A stretch of 21,943 nt of DNA from Candidatus Hydrogenedentota bacterium (lineage in GTDB: Bacteria; Hydrogenedentota; Hydrogenedentia; Hydrogenedentales; SLHB01): assembly GCA_016209895.1 (NCBI GenBank), contig JACQVH010000215.1:1-21943 (forward strand), read 5' to 3'. The position numbers and the translations under genes were made by a program. Below the pieces are notes generated by a model. That model did no database searches. It was not told the DNA's origin and saw nothing but the letters and a program-made list of their open reading frames with translations. Positions 1 through 8,146 of this stretch are shown one piece after another (position 1 is the stretch's first letter; every line of letters starts with the position of its first letter).

Positions 1-67
1 CATCAACGACAGGGCCATTCCCGCCCCTCTGGAATCCGACGATCCGCAATTCGGAAACCTCCTGGGA

Positions 68-96
68 TTGACAATCGTCTCAACATAGCCTACCAT
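68..96 (+). promoter_or_regulatory. Candidate sigma70-type promoter upstream of the nfeD-flotillin operon: TTGACA (68-73), 17 nt spacer, TACCAT (91-96)
   Basis: Hexamers read directly from the sequence with canonical 17 nt spacing. About 70 nt upstream of the NfeD-like start and its G-rich RBS (150-158). Confidence 0.3.
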
Positions 97-168
97 GAAC
101 GTGGGCCAAACGGGAGCAAACCGGCCCGAGGGTTGCGGGCGGGAGGTCTCCGAAAGGGGGGCCGTGCC

Positions 169-762
169 ATGATGACACTTTACATGGTTTGTGCAATTCT
201 GGGAGGAGTAATTCTTCTCTGCCAGTTCCTTCTCACGTTGCTGGGTCTCGGCGACCATCAATTCGGCGACGTGGGTCATGACATGGGCGACACTTCGGGG
301 CACGACCATGCGGCCGCGGGACATAGTGACGCGGATGCGTCCTGGTTTTTCAGTGTGCTTTCCTTCCGATCCGTGGTGGCCGCGATCGCTTTCTTCGGAC
401 TGGGCGGTCTGGCCGCGCAATCATCGCACCTCCCGTCGTACTTGGGATTCATGACGGCCATGGGCGCGGGCGCGGTGGCGCTGTTTGTGGTGGCGTGGCT
501 GATGCATCTCCTGGGAAACCTGCGGGCTGAAGGCACGGTCCATATCGAGCACGCCATTGGCGGCGCGGGAACCGTGTACCTGACCATCCCGAGCAAGCGC
601 GCCGGGAAGGGTAAGGTCTTGTTGAACTTGCAGAGTCGAACCATGGAATACGAGGCGATCACGGCCGACCAGGAACTGCCGACCGGCACGCCGGTCGTCG
701 TGGTGGGCGTGCTGGGTCCGAACGTGGTGGAAGTGGCGGCAGCGTCGGAAGCGGGGAGGTAA
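169..762 (+). CDS. NfeD-like (YuaF-type) membrane protein, partner of flotillin
   Basis: ORF 133..762. ATG at 169 (MMTLYMV...) follows AAAGGGGGG at 150-158. Three predicted TM helices, then a C-terminal OB-fold-like soluble segment (EGTVHIEHAIGGAGTVYLTIPS...VVVVGVLGPNVVEV) typical of the NfeD family. It sits immediately upstream of a flotillin gene, the conserved nfeD-floT arrangement. The ATG at 133 is an alternative start. Confidence 0.7.
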   Translation: MMTLYMVCAILGGVILLCQFLLTLLGLGDHQFGDVGHDMGDTSGHDHAAAGHSDADASWFFSVLSFRSVVAAIAFFGLGGLAAQSSHLPSYLGFMTAMGAGAVALFVVAWLMHLLGNLRAEGTVHIEHAIGGAGTVYLTIPSKRAGKGKVLLNLQSRTMEYEAITADQELPTGTPVVVVGVLGPNVVEVAAASEAGR

Positions 763-766
763 AGTC

Positions 767-2419
767 ATGGACTTCAATGTGTACATCGGCTTAATGGTCG
801 TTCTGGCAGCGATCCTATTCTTCAGTTTTATCGTTCTACTCACCAAGCGGTATAAGCGCTGCCCCAGTAACTGCGTGTTGGTCATCTACGGTAAGGTCGG
901 CGGCGGCATCAGCGCCAAATGCATCCCCGGCGGCGCGGCTTTTGTCTGGCCGCTGATACAGGACTACTCCTTCCTCAGCCTGGAACCGATCCAAATTGAA
1001 GTCCCGTTGCGGGACGCGTTGTCCAGCGAAAACATTCGGGTAAGTGTTCCGAGCGTGTTTACGGTGGCCATCGGTACCGAGCCGGAACTGATGCAGAACG
1101 CGGCCATCCGTTTGCTCGGCCTGGATACTGCACACGTTAAGAAGCAGGCCGAAGACATCATCTTCGGCCAACTCCGGCAGGTGATTGCCTCGATGCAGAT
1201 CGAGGACATCAACCGGAACCGCGAGCAGTTCTTGCATAACATTCAAAACTCGCTGGAACCCGAACTGCGCAAGATCGGGCTGGTCCTGATCAACGTAAAT
1301 ATCACCGACATCACCGACGAGTCAGGGTACATCGAGGCCATCGGCAAGAAGGCGGCGTCGCAGGCGGTGCAACAGGCGCGCGGCGACGTGGCGGAGCAGG
1401 AAAAGCTCGGCGAAATCCGGGTGGCCGAAGCGGAACGCGACAAGCTGGTCCAGGTGGCCAATGCGACGAAGTTCCGCAATATCGGCATTCGTGAAGCCCA
1501 GCGCGAGCAAGCCGTCCGAGTCGCCGAATTAGAGAAGGAAGAGAAAGTCGGTCAGCAGAATGCCGCTTTCCAGCGCGAAGCTCAGATTAAGGAATCCGAG
1601 CGCATAATGCGTATCTCCGTGGCCGACGCCAATTCGAAGGCCGTTGCGGGCGAGAAGGATGCGGAACGCAGCATGCGCGTGGCCGTGGCCGACGCAAATG
1701 CGCAAGCCATCACCGGTGAAAACACGGCGCAAGCTCAAATCGCCGCATCGCAGGCGGGTCTGCAAGTCAAGCAGGCCGAAGCGTACCAGTTGGGTGAAAC
1801 GCGCAAGCGTGAATCCGAAGCGGCGGTGCTCGAGGCCCAGAACCGGGCCATGGCCAAGGCGGCCATGGCTGAGGCGGAGCGGGTCGAGATGGAACGGCGC
1901 GCGGCCCTCGAAGCGCCCGCCAAAGCCGAGAAGGCCAAGATCGTGGTGGACGCCGAGGCGGAGGCGGATAAGCGGCGCATCGAGGCCTTGGGCGAGGCGT
2001 CGGCGATCTTCGCGAAGCTGGAGGCCGAAGCCAAGGGCAATTACGAAATCCTGGCCAAGAAAGCCGACGGGCTTCGGCAAATCATCCAGGCCTGCGGCGG
2101 CTCTCAGCAAGCTTTTCAAATGCTCATGTTGGAGCACATGGACAACCTGGCGCAGACCGCCGCGACGGCCATCTCACAGATTAAGTTCGATAAAGTCATC
2201 GTGTGGGAAAACGGCACGTCCAACGGCTCCAGCCAGACGGCGAATTTCCTCCAGAGCCTTGCCCGCACGCTCCCTCCGATGCTCCAGGTCATGCGCGACA
2301 TTGGCGGCGTCGAAGTGCCGGAATATCTCGCCAAACTAACGCCGGATATGAAGGACGGGCGCGAGATTCCCGCGAGTGGTCCGACGGTACCGACGTCGAA
2401 AGAACCGAAATTATCCTGA
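767..2419 (+). CDS. floT: Flotillin-like SPFH/band-7 domain protein (FloT/YuaG type)
   Basis: 550 aa with an N-terminal hydrophobic anchor (IGLMVVLAAILFFSFIVLL) and an SPFH domain. A long Ala/Glu/Gln/Arg-rich coiled-coil region (EAQ.., AEAE.. repeats) is characteristic of bacterial flotillins. GGGGAGG RBS 6 nt upstream; 4 nt gap from the NfeD-like gene. Confidence 0.9.
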   Translation: MDFNVYIGLMVVLAAILFFSFIVLLTKRYKRCPSNCVLVIYGKVGGGISAKCIPGGAAFVWPLIQDYSFLSLEPIQIEVPLRDALSSENIRVSVPSVFTVAIGTEPELMQNAAIRLLGLDTAHVKKQAEDIIFGQLRQVIASMQIEDINRNREQFLHNIQNSLEPELRKIGLVLINVNITDITDESGYIEAIGKKAASQAVQQARGDVAEQEKLGEIRVAEAERDKLVQVANATKFRNIGIREAQREQAVRVAELEKEEKVGQQNAAFQREAQIKESERIMRISVADANSKAVAGEKDAERSMRVAVADANAQAITGENTAQAQIAASQAGLQVKQAEAYQLGETRKRESEAAVLEAQNRAMAKAAMAEAERVEMERRAALEAPAKAEKAKIVVDAEAEADKRRIEALGEASAIFAKLEAEAKGNYEILAKKADGLRQIIQACGGSQQAFQMLMLEHMDNLAQTAATAISQIKFDKVIVWENGTSNGSSQTANFLQSLARTLPPMLQVMRDIGGVEVPEYLAKLTPDMKDGREIPASGPTVPTSKEPKLS

Positions 2420-2468
2420 CGTCGGCGTGAGTTTGAGCGCGCGAACTCTGAGAGGGGATAATGCGCCA

Positions 2469-3341
2469 ATGGGCCTTAATGTCGCAAGCGTCGCGAAAGC
2501 GCTCCAAGAGCATCTCTACGACTATATCGGCAGCGCGCATGACTCCGACGATCTGAACCGTGCGCTCAAGTACGGCGTTCAGCGTCTGCAGGCCGCAACC
2601 ATCGGCGCAATGCATGTCACCTGCTCCGACGAATCGGAGCGGGAAATCGTGGAATCGTTCCAGCAGTGGTTTGTCCGCGACCTGCTGCCCGACTTCAAGT
2701 TTACGGGCCGTTCTCCCTTCCGCATCGCCAATCTCGGCGCCCGCCACGAACCCGGCGCGGTGCAACTCGCGGAGCAACACTTCACCACGCCGGAGTCGCG
2801 CGACTCCTTCAAAGTCCTAGTCGTGAAGATCAACTCGCACGTGTCGGCGGAAGAAACGGTCAACGGGCCGGTATACGGGCGCATGACGCGCTATGATACG
2901 AGTTCGTTTTTCTGCGGGGCGCTTCACGCCCTGCTCGACGGAACCGATGGGCACTATCTACGGGAGCTGGCCGCGCTGTTCCGAGCGGGCGGCAAGGACC
3001 GCGTCGCCTTGCTGCGCGACGCGTCCCACGTCGCTACGGAATACCGGGCATTGCTGGCGGCCGCGGTCAACGCCGGCCTCCAAGCCCGGCGCGTGCTCGA
3101 AGAAGTTCAGCGCTTCGAACCGAGCTCACCGACGGTCTTCGTAATTCTCCCCTGCGTGACGCTGAACCGCCACGCGCGAGACCACGAACTGCTTTGCGCT
3201 GTTCACGTCGCCGACTGCCGAGCGAAGAAGCCGGAGACAAAGTCCTGGGGCTTGAGCGATGATCCATCAAGCATCCGCGTGCGTCACGAGGGAGGAGTTC
3301 TCCACCTGGAGAATGCCAAGTGGGCGAAAGAAAACAGTTAA
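2469..3341 (+). CDS. Hypothetical protein (291 aa), co-directional and close downstream of flotillin
   Basis: Long ORF in frame 0 (2376..3341). First ATG with an upstream purine-rich stretch (GAGAGGGGA, 2447-2455) is at 2469. No recognisable domain motifs. Codon usage is consistent with neighbouring genes. Soluble; no TM segments. Confidence 0.55.
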   Translation: MGLNVASVAKALQEHLYDYIGSAHDSDDLNRALKYGVQRLQAATIGAMHVTCSDESEREIVESFQQWFVRDLLPDFKFTGRSPFRIANLGARHEPGAVQLAEQHFTTPESRDSFKVLVVKINSHVSAEETVNGPVYGRMTRYDTSSFFCGALHALLDGTDGHYLRELAALFRAGGKDRVALLRDASHVATEYRALLAAAVNAGLQARRVLEEVQRFEPSSPTVFVILPCVTLNRHARDHELLCAVHVADCRAKKPETKSWGLSDDPSSIRVRHEGGVLHLENAKWAKENS

Positions 3342-3366
3342 GCCTTAGAAAGAAGGGGAAATAAAC

Positions 3367-3882
3367 GTGGAACGCCCGACATCCGTAACGGTTTTTGCAG
3401 TACTTAACATGTGCTTCGGCGCCATGGGTGTCATTTTTACTCCAATCGGAGTCCTGCTCCTTGTCGGAGTCGAAAGATTGGGCTTGCCAAATCCGTTCCC
3501 GGATGCGTTTTCCACCGGTCCCATGTTCGTGTGGAATGTAATCTCCACCGCGTTCGGATTTGTCGCGTCCGCACTCCTGATTGCGGCTGGGGTCGGGTTG
3601 TTTCTATTGAAACCCTGGGCACGGACACTTTCCATCGGGTACACCATATACGCAATTGCGTCCGTCGTCGTTGGAGCGGTGATTACCTGGCTCGTGTTCA
3701 TACCAGAAATCACCAAAGAAATCGGCGCTCAGACACCCGCACCGATGGTGCCGATGATGGCGGTGAGCATGTCCTTTGGTACGTGTGCGGGTCTCGTCTA
3801 CCCGATACTACTACTGATTTTCATGCTTCTGCCCAAGGTAGCTTCGGCGTTCAAGCCACCCCCACCCGGACCCAGCGCGTAA
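3367..3882 (+). CDS. Hypothetical small integral membrane protein (4 predicted TM helices)
   Basis: GTG start preceded by AGAAGGGGAAATAAAC. Four hydrophobic helices of roughly 25 aa each. Proline-rich C-terminal tail (KPPPPGPSA). 25 nt downstream of the preceding gene. Confidence 0.6.
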   Translation: MERPTSVTVFAVLNMCFGAMGVIFTPIGVLLLVGVERLGLPNPFPDAFSTGPMFVWNVISTAFGFVASALLIAAGVGLFLLKPWARTLSIGYTIYAIASVVVGAVITWLVFIPEITKEIGAQTPAPMVPMMAVSMSFGTCAGLVYPILLLIFMLLPKVASAFKPPPPGPSA

Positions 3883-3884
3883 TC

Positions 3885-3920
3885 AGCAGGGGCTTGGGCA
3901 TCCCTGCCCAAGAACGCTGC
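3885..3920. terminator. Possible bidirectional terminator hairpin between convergent genes: CTTGGGCA (3894-3901), loop TCCC, TGCCCAAG (3906-3913), with partial outer extension CAGCAG..GCTGCTC
   Basis: Perfect 8-bp stem with 4-nt loop read directly, lying between the stop of the + strand membrane protein (3882) and the stop of the - strand pseudopilin gene (3921). No clear U-tract, so an intrinsic terminator is not proven. Confidence 0.4.
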
Positions 3921-4625
3921 TCAGGTGCCGTGCTTGAAGATGATTGGGCCGTACACGTTCTGGCCGTCGGGTAGAGGTCCGACCTTCTCGCCCTTCTGTG
4001 ACCGCGCGATATAATCGAAGTCCAACACGCCATTGTTATTCTGATCGCGCGTGGCCAGGAAGAACGCCCGCAGCATGGTCTGCTCCGTAGGTTCTCCGGC
4101 CAGGGGAACTGGAATAATCCCATGAAAATCAGTTGACCCCGGTGCGACACTGAGCAACACATAGGCGTCATACTTGGTCGGAACGGTGAGATTGAGCGGA
4201 GCCAAGGAGCCGGCGGCGTTCCAGTCGGGTGGACTCTGGTTCAGATAAAACTTTTTCACTCGATTGAATTGCTCGACATTAACCGGCGCGTACCCGTATG
4301 GCTCATTCCCAGTGGGCCCGAACTTGTCATAGAGGTTTGTTACGGCCCCAAGTTCCAGCAGCGTCATGTAATGCAGCGTATCCTGGAAGATTCCAGCGGC
4401 GGTTCTCTGGCGGCATAGGGGCGCCGGCGGATACGTGTTGAACTTCGAATAGTACTCGTCCATCGCGGTGCGCAATTGATTGAAGTCGCCGCTTACGTCC
4501 GCCATTTTGGCCCGTTTCAGAACCCCAGGCACTACGGTCGCGGTGAGCGCTGCCAGGATGGCAATGATAGCGATGACGGTGAGTAACTCGATCAAGGTGA
4601 ATCCGACGGGGCACACGGTCTTCAT
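3921..4625 (-). CDS. Prepilin-type N-terminal cleavage/methylation domain protein (type II secretion / type IV pilin-like pseudopilin)
   Basis: Within ORF 3921..4688 the internal Met gives MKTVCPVGFTLIELLTVIAIIAILAAL, the canonical G/FTLIELL prepilin peptidase motif plus a hydrophobic helix. GGAAAGG RBS upstream of that ATG (4623-4625). The 21 codons upstream are unlikely to be coding. Confidence 0.8.
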   Translation of the reverse strand: MKTVCPVGFTLIELLTVIAIIAILAALTATVVPGVLKRAKMADVSGDFNQLRTAMDEYYSKFNTYPPAPLCRQRTAAGIFQDTLHYMTLLELGAVTNLYDKFGPTGNEPYGYAPVNVEQFNRVKKFYLNQSPPDWNAAGSLAPLNLTVPTKYDAYVLLSVAPGSTDFHGIIPVPLAGEPTEQTMLRAFFLATRDQNNNGVLDFDYIARSQKGEKVGPLPDGQNVYGPIIFKHGT

Positions 4626-4703
4626 AGCGGGAACCTTTCCGGTAGCAACTATCCCTCGTATCTTCATGTTACCACGGGACTTGCACAAGCGTCAAATGAT
4701 TCC

Positions 4704-4732
4704 TTGAAATTGCCGTGGAAGTCCCATAAGAT
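4704..4732 (+). promoter_or_regulatory. Candidate sigma70-type promoter for the helicase gene: TTGAAA (4704-4709), 17 nt spacer, TAAGAT (4727-4732)
   Basis: Hexamers and spacing read from the sequence in the 118-nt divergent intergenic region between the pseudopilin (-) and helicase (+) starts. The -10 lies only about 11 nt from the ATG, so the transcript would be near-leaderless. Confidence 0.3.
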
Positions 4733-4743
4733 CGTGGGCTTCC

Positions 4744-6903
4744 ATGAGTATTCCAAGTCCCAAGTCATTTGACCACCTATCTTTAGAATATCTGAACGAA
4801 GCTCAGCGCCGTGCCGTGACCGAAAGCGACGGACCCGCCTTGGTGCTGGCCGGGGCCGGGACCGGTAAGACACGGGTCATCGTCGAAAGGCTCGCTTGGC
4901 TGGTCGGCGAGAAGGGCGTGGACCCGCGGCGCCTCTTGGCATTGACCTTCACCAACCGAGCCGCCGGCGAAATGCGACAGCGCGTTGCCGCGCGCCTCCA
5001 AATGGAGCGGCTCGCCTGTTGGGTGGGGACTTTCCATTCGTTCGCATTGTACGTCCTGCGTCGGGAAATTGAACATCTGGGCCGTTCCGCCTCATTCACG
5101 GTTTTCGACGACGCCGACCAGTTCGCGCTCATGAAGCGCATCGTACAAGACCTGCCGCCCAACCTGCCGAAGGTCTCTCCGCGCGAGGCCTTGCATTGGA
5201 TCAGCCTACAGAAACAGAATCTGAGCGATCCGGCACAAAGTGCAGCCGACGACCCAGAGCACGCGCAGACCTTACAAGCGGCGTGGACCCGATATCACAC
5301 CCTCCTCGAAGGCCACAACGCGGTGGATTTCGACGACCTCCTGGTGTTGCTGGTTCGACTGCTGGCCGAACACGCCGACGTGCGCGGGCGCTATCAATAC
5401 CGGTACCAGTACGTCCATATTGACGAGTATCAGGACACCAACCGCGCGCAGTACATGATTGCGCGATGGTTGACGGAGTCCCACGGCAACCTGTTCGTCG
5501 TCGGCGACGAGGACCAGAGCATATATTCCTGGCGGGGCGCGACAATCCAGAATATCCTCGACTTCGAAAGGGACTTCCCGAAAGCGCGTGTCTTTCGACT
5601 CGAACAAAATTACCGGAGCACGGCGCCGGTCCTGGCGGCCGCCAACGCGGTGGTCGCACACAATCAGCGTCGGCTCGGCAAGACACTTTGGACGGCCCAG
5701 GAAGGCGGCGAATCGGTACGGTTCTATCAGGCAAAAGACGGCGAGGACGAAGCGCGATTCGTGGTGGAGGACATAGGGAAGCGCGACCTGGCGCCACGGC
5801 AGGTTGCGGTGCTCTTCCGTACCAACGGGCAGGCGCGGCTGATGGAAGAGGCCCTGCGCCGGAAAGGACTGGCCTACGTCGTCATCGGCGCCGTTCAATT
5901 CTACGGTCGCAAAGAGGTCAAAGACATCCTCAGTTATTTACGGCTCTTGGTGAACCCTGCGGACGATCTCTCGGTCCGCCGCATCATTAACGTGCCCGCG
6001 CGCGGCATCGGCGCCGCTACCGCCGAGCGGTTCGAGGAGTACACCAAGCAACGCAACGTATCGCTGTTCCAAGTGCTGCGGGACGTGGAAACAGACGAGA
6101 CGCTGACTCCCCGGTCCCGAACGGCCGTTGGAGCGTTCGTGCACCTGTTGGATGACCTGAGATTGGCAGCGCGCAGTTCTCAAGTCGCGCCACTGGTCGA
6201 GACGCTACTCGCGCAGACCGGCTATCGCGCCTATGTCGAGCACACCGATGAGCGAGACTACCAGACCCGCCTCGAGATCGTGGATGAATTCGTATCCGCC
6301 TGCGCCCAATTCGACGCCCAGGGCAAAGCCGGACTGGACAACTTTCTGCAGGAACTGGCGCTGTACTCCGACGTGGACGCGTACGATCCCGACACCCCGG
6401 CGGTGACGCTTTTGACGTGTCACAGCGCGAAGGGCCTTGAGTTTGATCACGTCTACCTGATAGGTTTGGAAGAGGGCCTGCTGCCCCACGCCGGCGCCAG
6501 AGATTCGGACGAGGAGCTGGAGGAAGAGCGGCGACTCTGTTACGTGGCCATGACGCGCGCGCGGAAAACGCTCACGTTGGCGGCCGCGCAGACCCGGCTC
6601 ATTTACGGCGAACCGCGGGAGGCGGCCAGGTCCCGTTTCGTGGGCGAGATTCCCCCGGAACAACTGGTTCAGGTGGGTCAGGACGCCGCGAGGCGCACTG
6701 CGGCGCCAGTTTCGCGACCGGCCTTGGGGCCGCTAAAGATGGGAACCCGAGTGAGGCATGCCGCGTTCGGCGAGGGTATTGTAATGTTTACCGCGGGCAC
6801 GGGAGCGAAACTGCGCGCGCGCATCCGTTTTCAGACCGGACGTACCCGCGAGTTCATGGTCGGCAAAGCTCCATTGGAGATATTGGAAGGAAAGAAGCGG
6901 TGA
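4744..6903 (+). CDS. uvrD: ATP-dependent DNA helicase, UvrD/PcrA/Rep superfamily 1
   Basis: 719 aa. Begins with the UvrD-type N-terminus (LNEAQRRAV...LVLAGAGTGKTRV, Walker A). Further matches: DEYQDTN (motif II), TFTNRAAGEM, VGDEDQSIYSWRGA, QNYRST, and a C-terminal tudor-like domain (GTRVRHAAFGEGIV) as in PcrA/UvrD. Confidence 0.9.
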   Translation: MSIPSPKSFDHLSLEYLNEAQRRAVTESDGPALVLAGAGTGKTRVIVERLAWLVGEKGVDPRRLLALTFTNRAAGEMRQRVAARLQMERLACWVGTFHSFALYVLRREIEHLGRSASFTVFDDADQFALMKRIVQDLPPNLPKVSPREALHWISLQKQNLSDPAQSAADDPEHAQTLQAAWTRYHTLLEGHNAVDFDDLLVLLVRLLAEHADVRGRYQYRYQYVHIDEYQDTNRAQYMIARWLTESHGNLFVVGDEDQSIYSWRGATIQNILDFERDFPKARVFRLEQNYRSTAPVLAAANAVVAHNQRRLGKTLWTAQEGGESVRFYQAKDGEDEARFVVEDIGKRDLAPRQVAVLFRTNGQARLMEEALRRKGLAYVVIGAVQFYGRKEVKDILSYLRLLVNPADDLSVRRIINVPARGIGAATAERFEEYTKQRNVSLFQVLRDVETDETLTPRSRTAVGAFVHLLDDLRLAARSSQVAPLVETLLAQTGYRAYVEHTDERDYQTRLEIVDEFVSACAQFDAQGKAGLDNFLQELALYSDVDAYDPDTPAVTLLTCHSAKGLEFDHVYLIGLEEGLLPHAGARDSDEELEEERRLCYVAMTRARKTLTLAAAQTRLIYGEPREAARSRFVGEIPPEQLVQVGQDAARRTAAPVSRPALGPLKMGTRVRHAAFGEGIVMFTAGTGAKLRARIRFQTGRTREFMVGKAPLEILEGKKR

Positions 6904-7970
6904 CGCTGGACGAACTACGACAGCGGATAGACGATATTGATGCGCAGATACTTCGGCTTCTAAACGAACGCGCCCAGCGCGCCGTCGAGATCGGCGAGAT
7001 CAAGCGCACCACGAATGCGACCTGCTACGTGCCGGAGCGCGAGAAGATCATCTATGAGAAACTGAAGCAGGAAAACCCCGGACCGCTGCCCGATAAGGCG
7101 ATCCAAGCCATATACCGCGAAGTGATCAGCGCCACCCGCGCCCTCGAAAAGCTCATTACGGTGGCCTTTCTGGGCCCGCGCGATACCTTCAGCCACATGG
7201 CCGCGCTCCGAGTTTTCGGCGCGATGGCCGAGTATCATCCGCTGGCCACGATTGACGACATTTTTGTCGACGTCGAACGCCGGCGCGTAGACTACGGCGT
7301 GGTGCCGGTTGAAACCGCAATGGGCGGGGGAGTCAGTGACACCTTGGACCGGTTTATCACGTCCGACCTCAAGATCGTCAACGAGATTATGCTCCATATT
7401 ACTCAGAATCTGTTGTCCAACAGCCCGATCGATACTATTACGAAGGTGTATTCAAAGGCGCAGTCATTCGTTCAGTGCCGCAACTGGCTGAAAGCGAACC
7501 TGCCGCAGGCGGAATTGCTGGAAGCCGCGAGCACGGCCGAGGCCGCCCGTATTGCCGCACAGGAGCCGGGCGCGGCGGCGATAGCCAGCGATCTCGCGGC
7601 CGAGACCTTCCACGTTAAAGTCGGCGCCCCGGGCATCGAAGATGCCCCGCACAATTTCACGCGATTTTTCGTCATCAGCCATCACATCGCGAAACCGACC
7701 GGCCATGACAAGACCGCCATCCTCTGTTCCATCAAAGACCGGCCTGGCGCCTTGTATGCCCTGCTCCTGCCGTTGGCCTCAGGGGGCATCAATCTATCAC
7801 GAATCGAGTCGCGACCCTCCCGTAAGAAGCCTTGGGAGTACGTCTTTTTCATTGACTTGCTTGGCCACTGCGAGGACCGTAATATTAAGGACGCATTGGA
7901 ACAAGTCGCGAAACAGTGCGCCGAATTGAAGGTCCTCGGTTCCTTCCCTCAGGGCGAAATCGAAGAATAA
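6900..7970 (+). CDS. pheA: Bifunctional chorismate mutase / prephenate dehydratase (P-protein) with C-terminal ACT domain
   Basis: GTG start overlaps the helicase stop (GTGA at 6900-6903). N-terminal chorismate-mutase helix (LDELRQRIDDIDAQILRLLNERAQ), then a prephenate dehydratase domain (VAFLGPRDTFSH...ESRP) and ACT region (ILCSIKDRPGALYALL). TAA stop at 7968-7970. Confidence 0.9.
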   Translation: MTLDELRQRIDDIDAQILRLLNERAQRAVEIGEIKRTTNATCYVPEREKIIYEKLKQENPGPLPDKAIQAIYREVISATRALEKLITVAFLGPRDTFSHMAALRVFGAMAEYHPLATIDDIFVDVERRRVDYGVVPVETAMGGGVSDTLDRFITSDLKIVNEIMLHITQNLLSNSPIDTITKVYSKAQSFVQCRNWLKANLPQAELLEAASTAEAARIAAQEPGAAAIASDLAAETFHVKVGAPGIEDAPHNFTRFFVISHHIAKPTGHDKTAILCSIKDRPGALYALLLPLASGGINLSRIESRPSRKKPWEYVFFIDLLGHCEDRNIKDALEQVAKQCAELKVLGSFPQGEIEE

Positions 7971-7974
7971 TGAA

Positions 7975-8124
7975 GTCAGGAGTCAGGAGCATGCAGACAG
8001 AGTGGTACGAACGTACGAGATATTCCCGACAAGAGTCGCAGCGATGGTTGATGCCCGTACCTGCGGACTTTCAGTTGGTCTCACGTCCTTATTCTGACTC
8101 CTGACTCCTGTCTCCTGACTCCTC
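7975..8124. repeat. Inverted heptamer-repeat arms bracketing a 105-nt unique core. Left arm is (GTCAGGA)x2 at 7976-7989. Right arm is (TCCTGAC)x5 with one TCCTGTC variant at 8092-8126.
   Basis: Read directly. The arms are reverse complements of each other (13/14 match) and are themselves tandem 7-mers. The core contains a small palindrome GTACGAACGTAC (8005-8016). The element lies in the pheA-to-PPIase intergenic gap, ending 20 nt before the GGAGGT RBS of the next gene. Confidence 0.6.
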
Positions 8125-8146
8125 AAGCAACTTACTGGAGGTCAAA

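Noticed and set aside
1529-2137. 202-aa minus-strand ORF and a 231-aa plus-strand alternative-frame ORF (1644..2339) inside the flotillin gene
   Set aside because: Both lie within the flotillin coiled-coil coding region. Their translations are low-complexity Arg/Pro/Leu-rich, typical of out-of-frame reading of GC-rich Ala/Glu codons.
5201-5898. Several 170-210-aa ORFs in alternative frames or on the opposite strand within the helicase gene (5201..5797 -, 5272..5898 -, 5466..5990 +)
   Set aside because: Overlap a gene with unambiguous SF1 helicase motifs. The products are Arg/Pro-rich with no motifs.
7916-8104. 62-aa ORF inside the core of the inverted heptamer-arm element
   Set aside because: No RBS, an Arg-rich product and no homology signal. 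The region is better explained as structured non-coding DNA or RNA.
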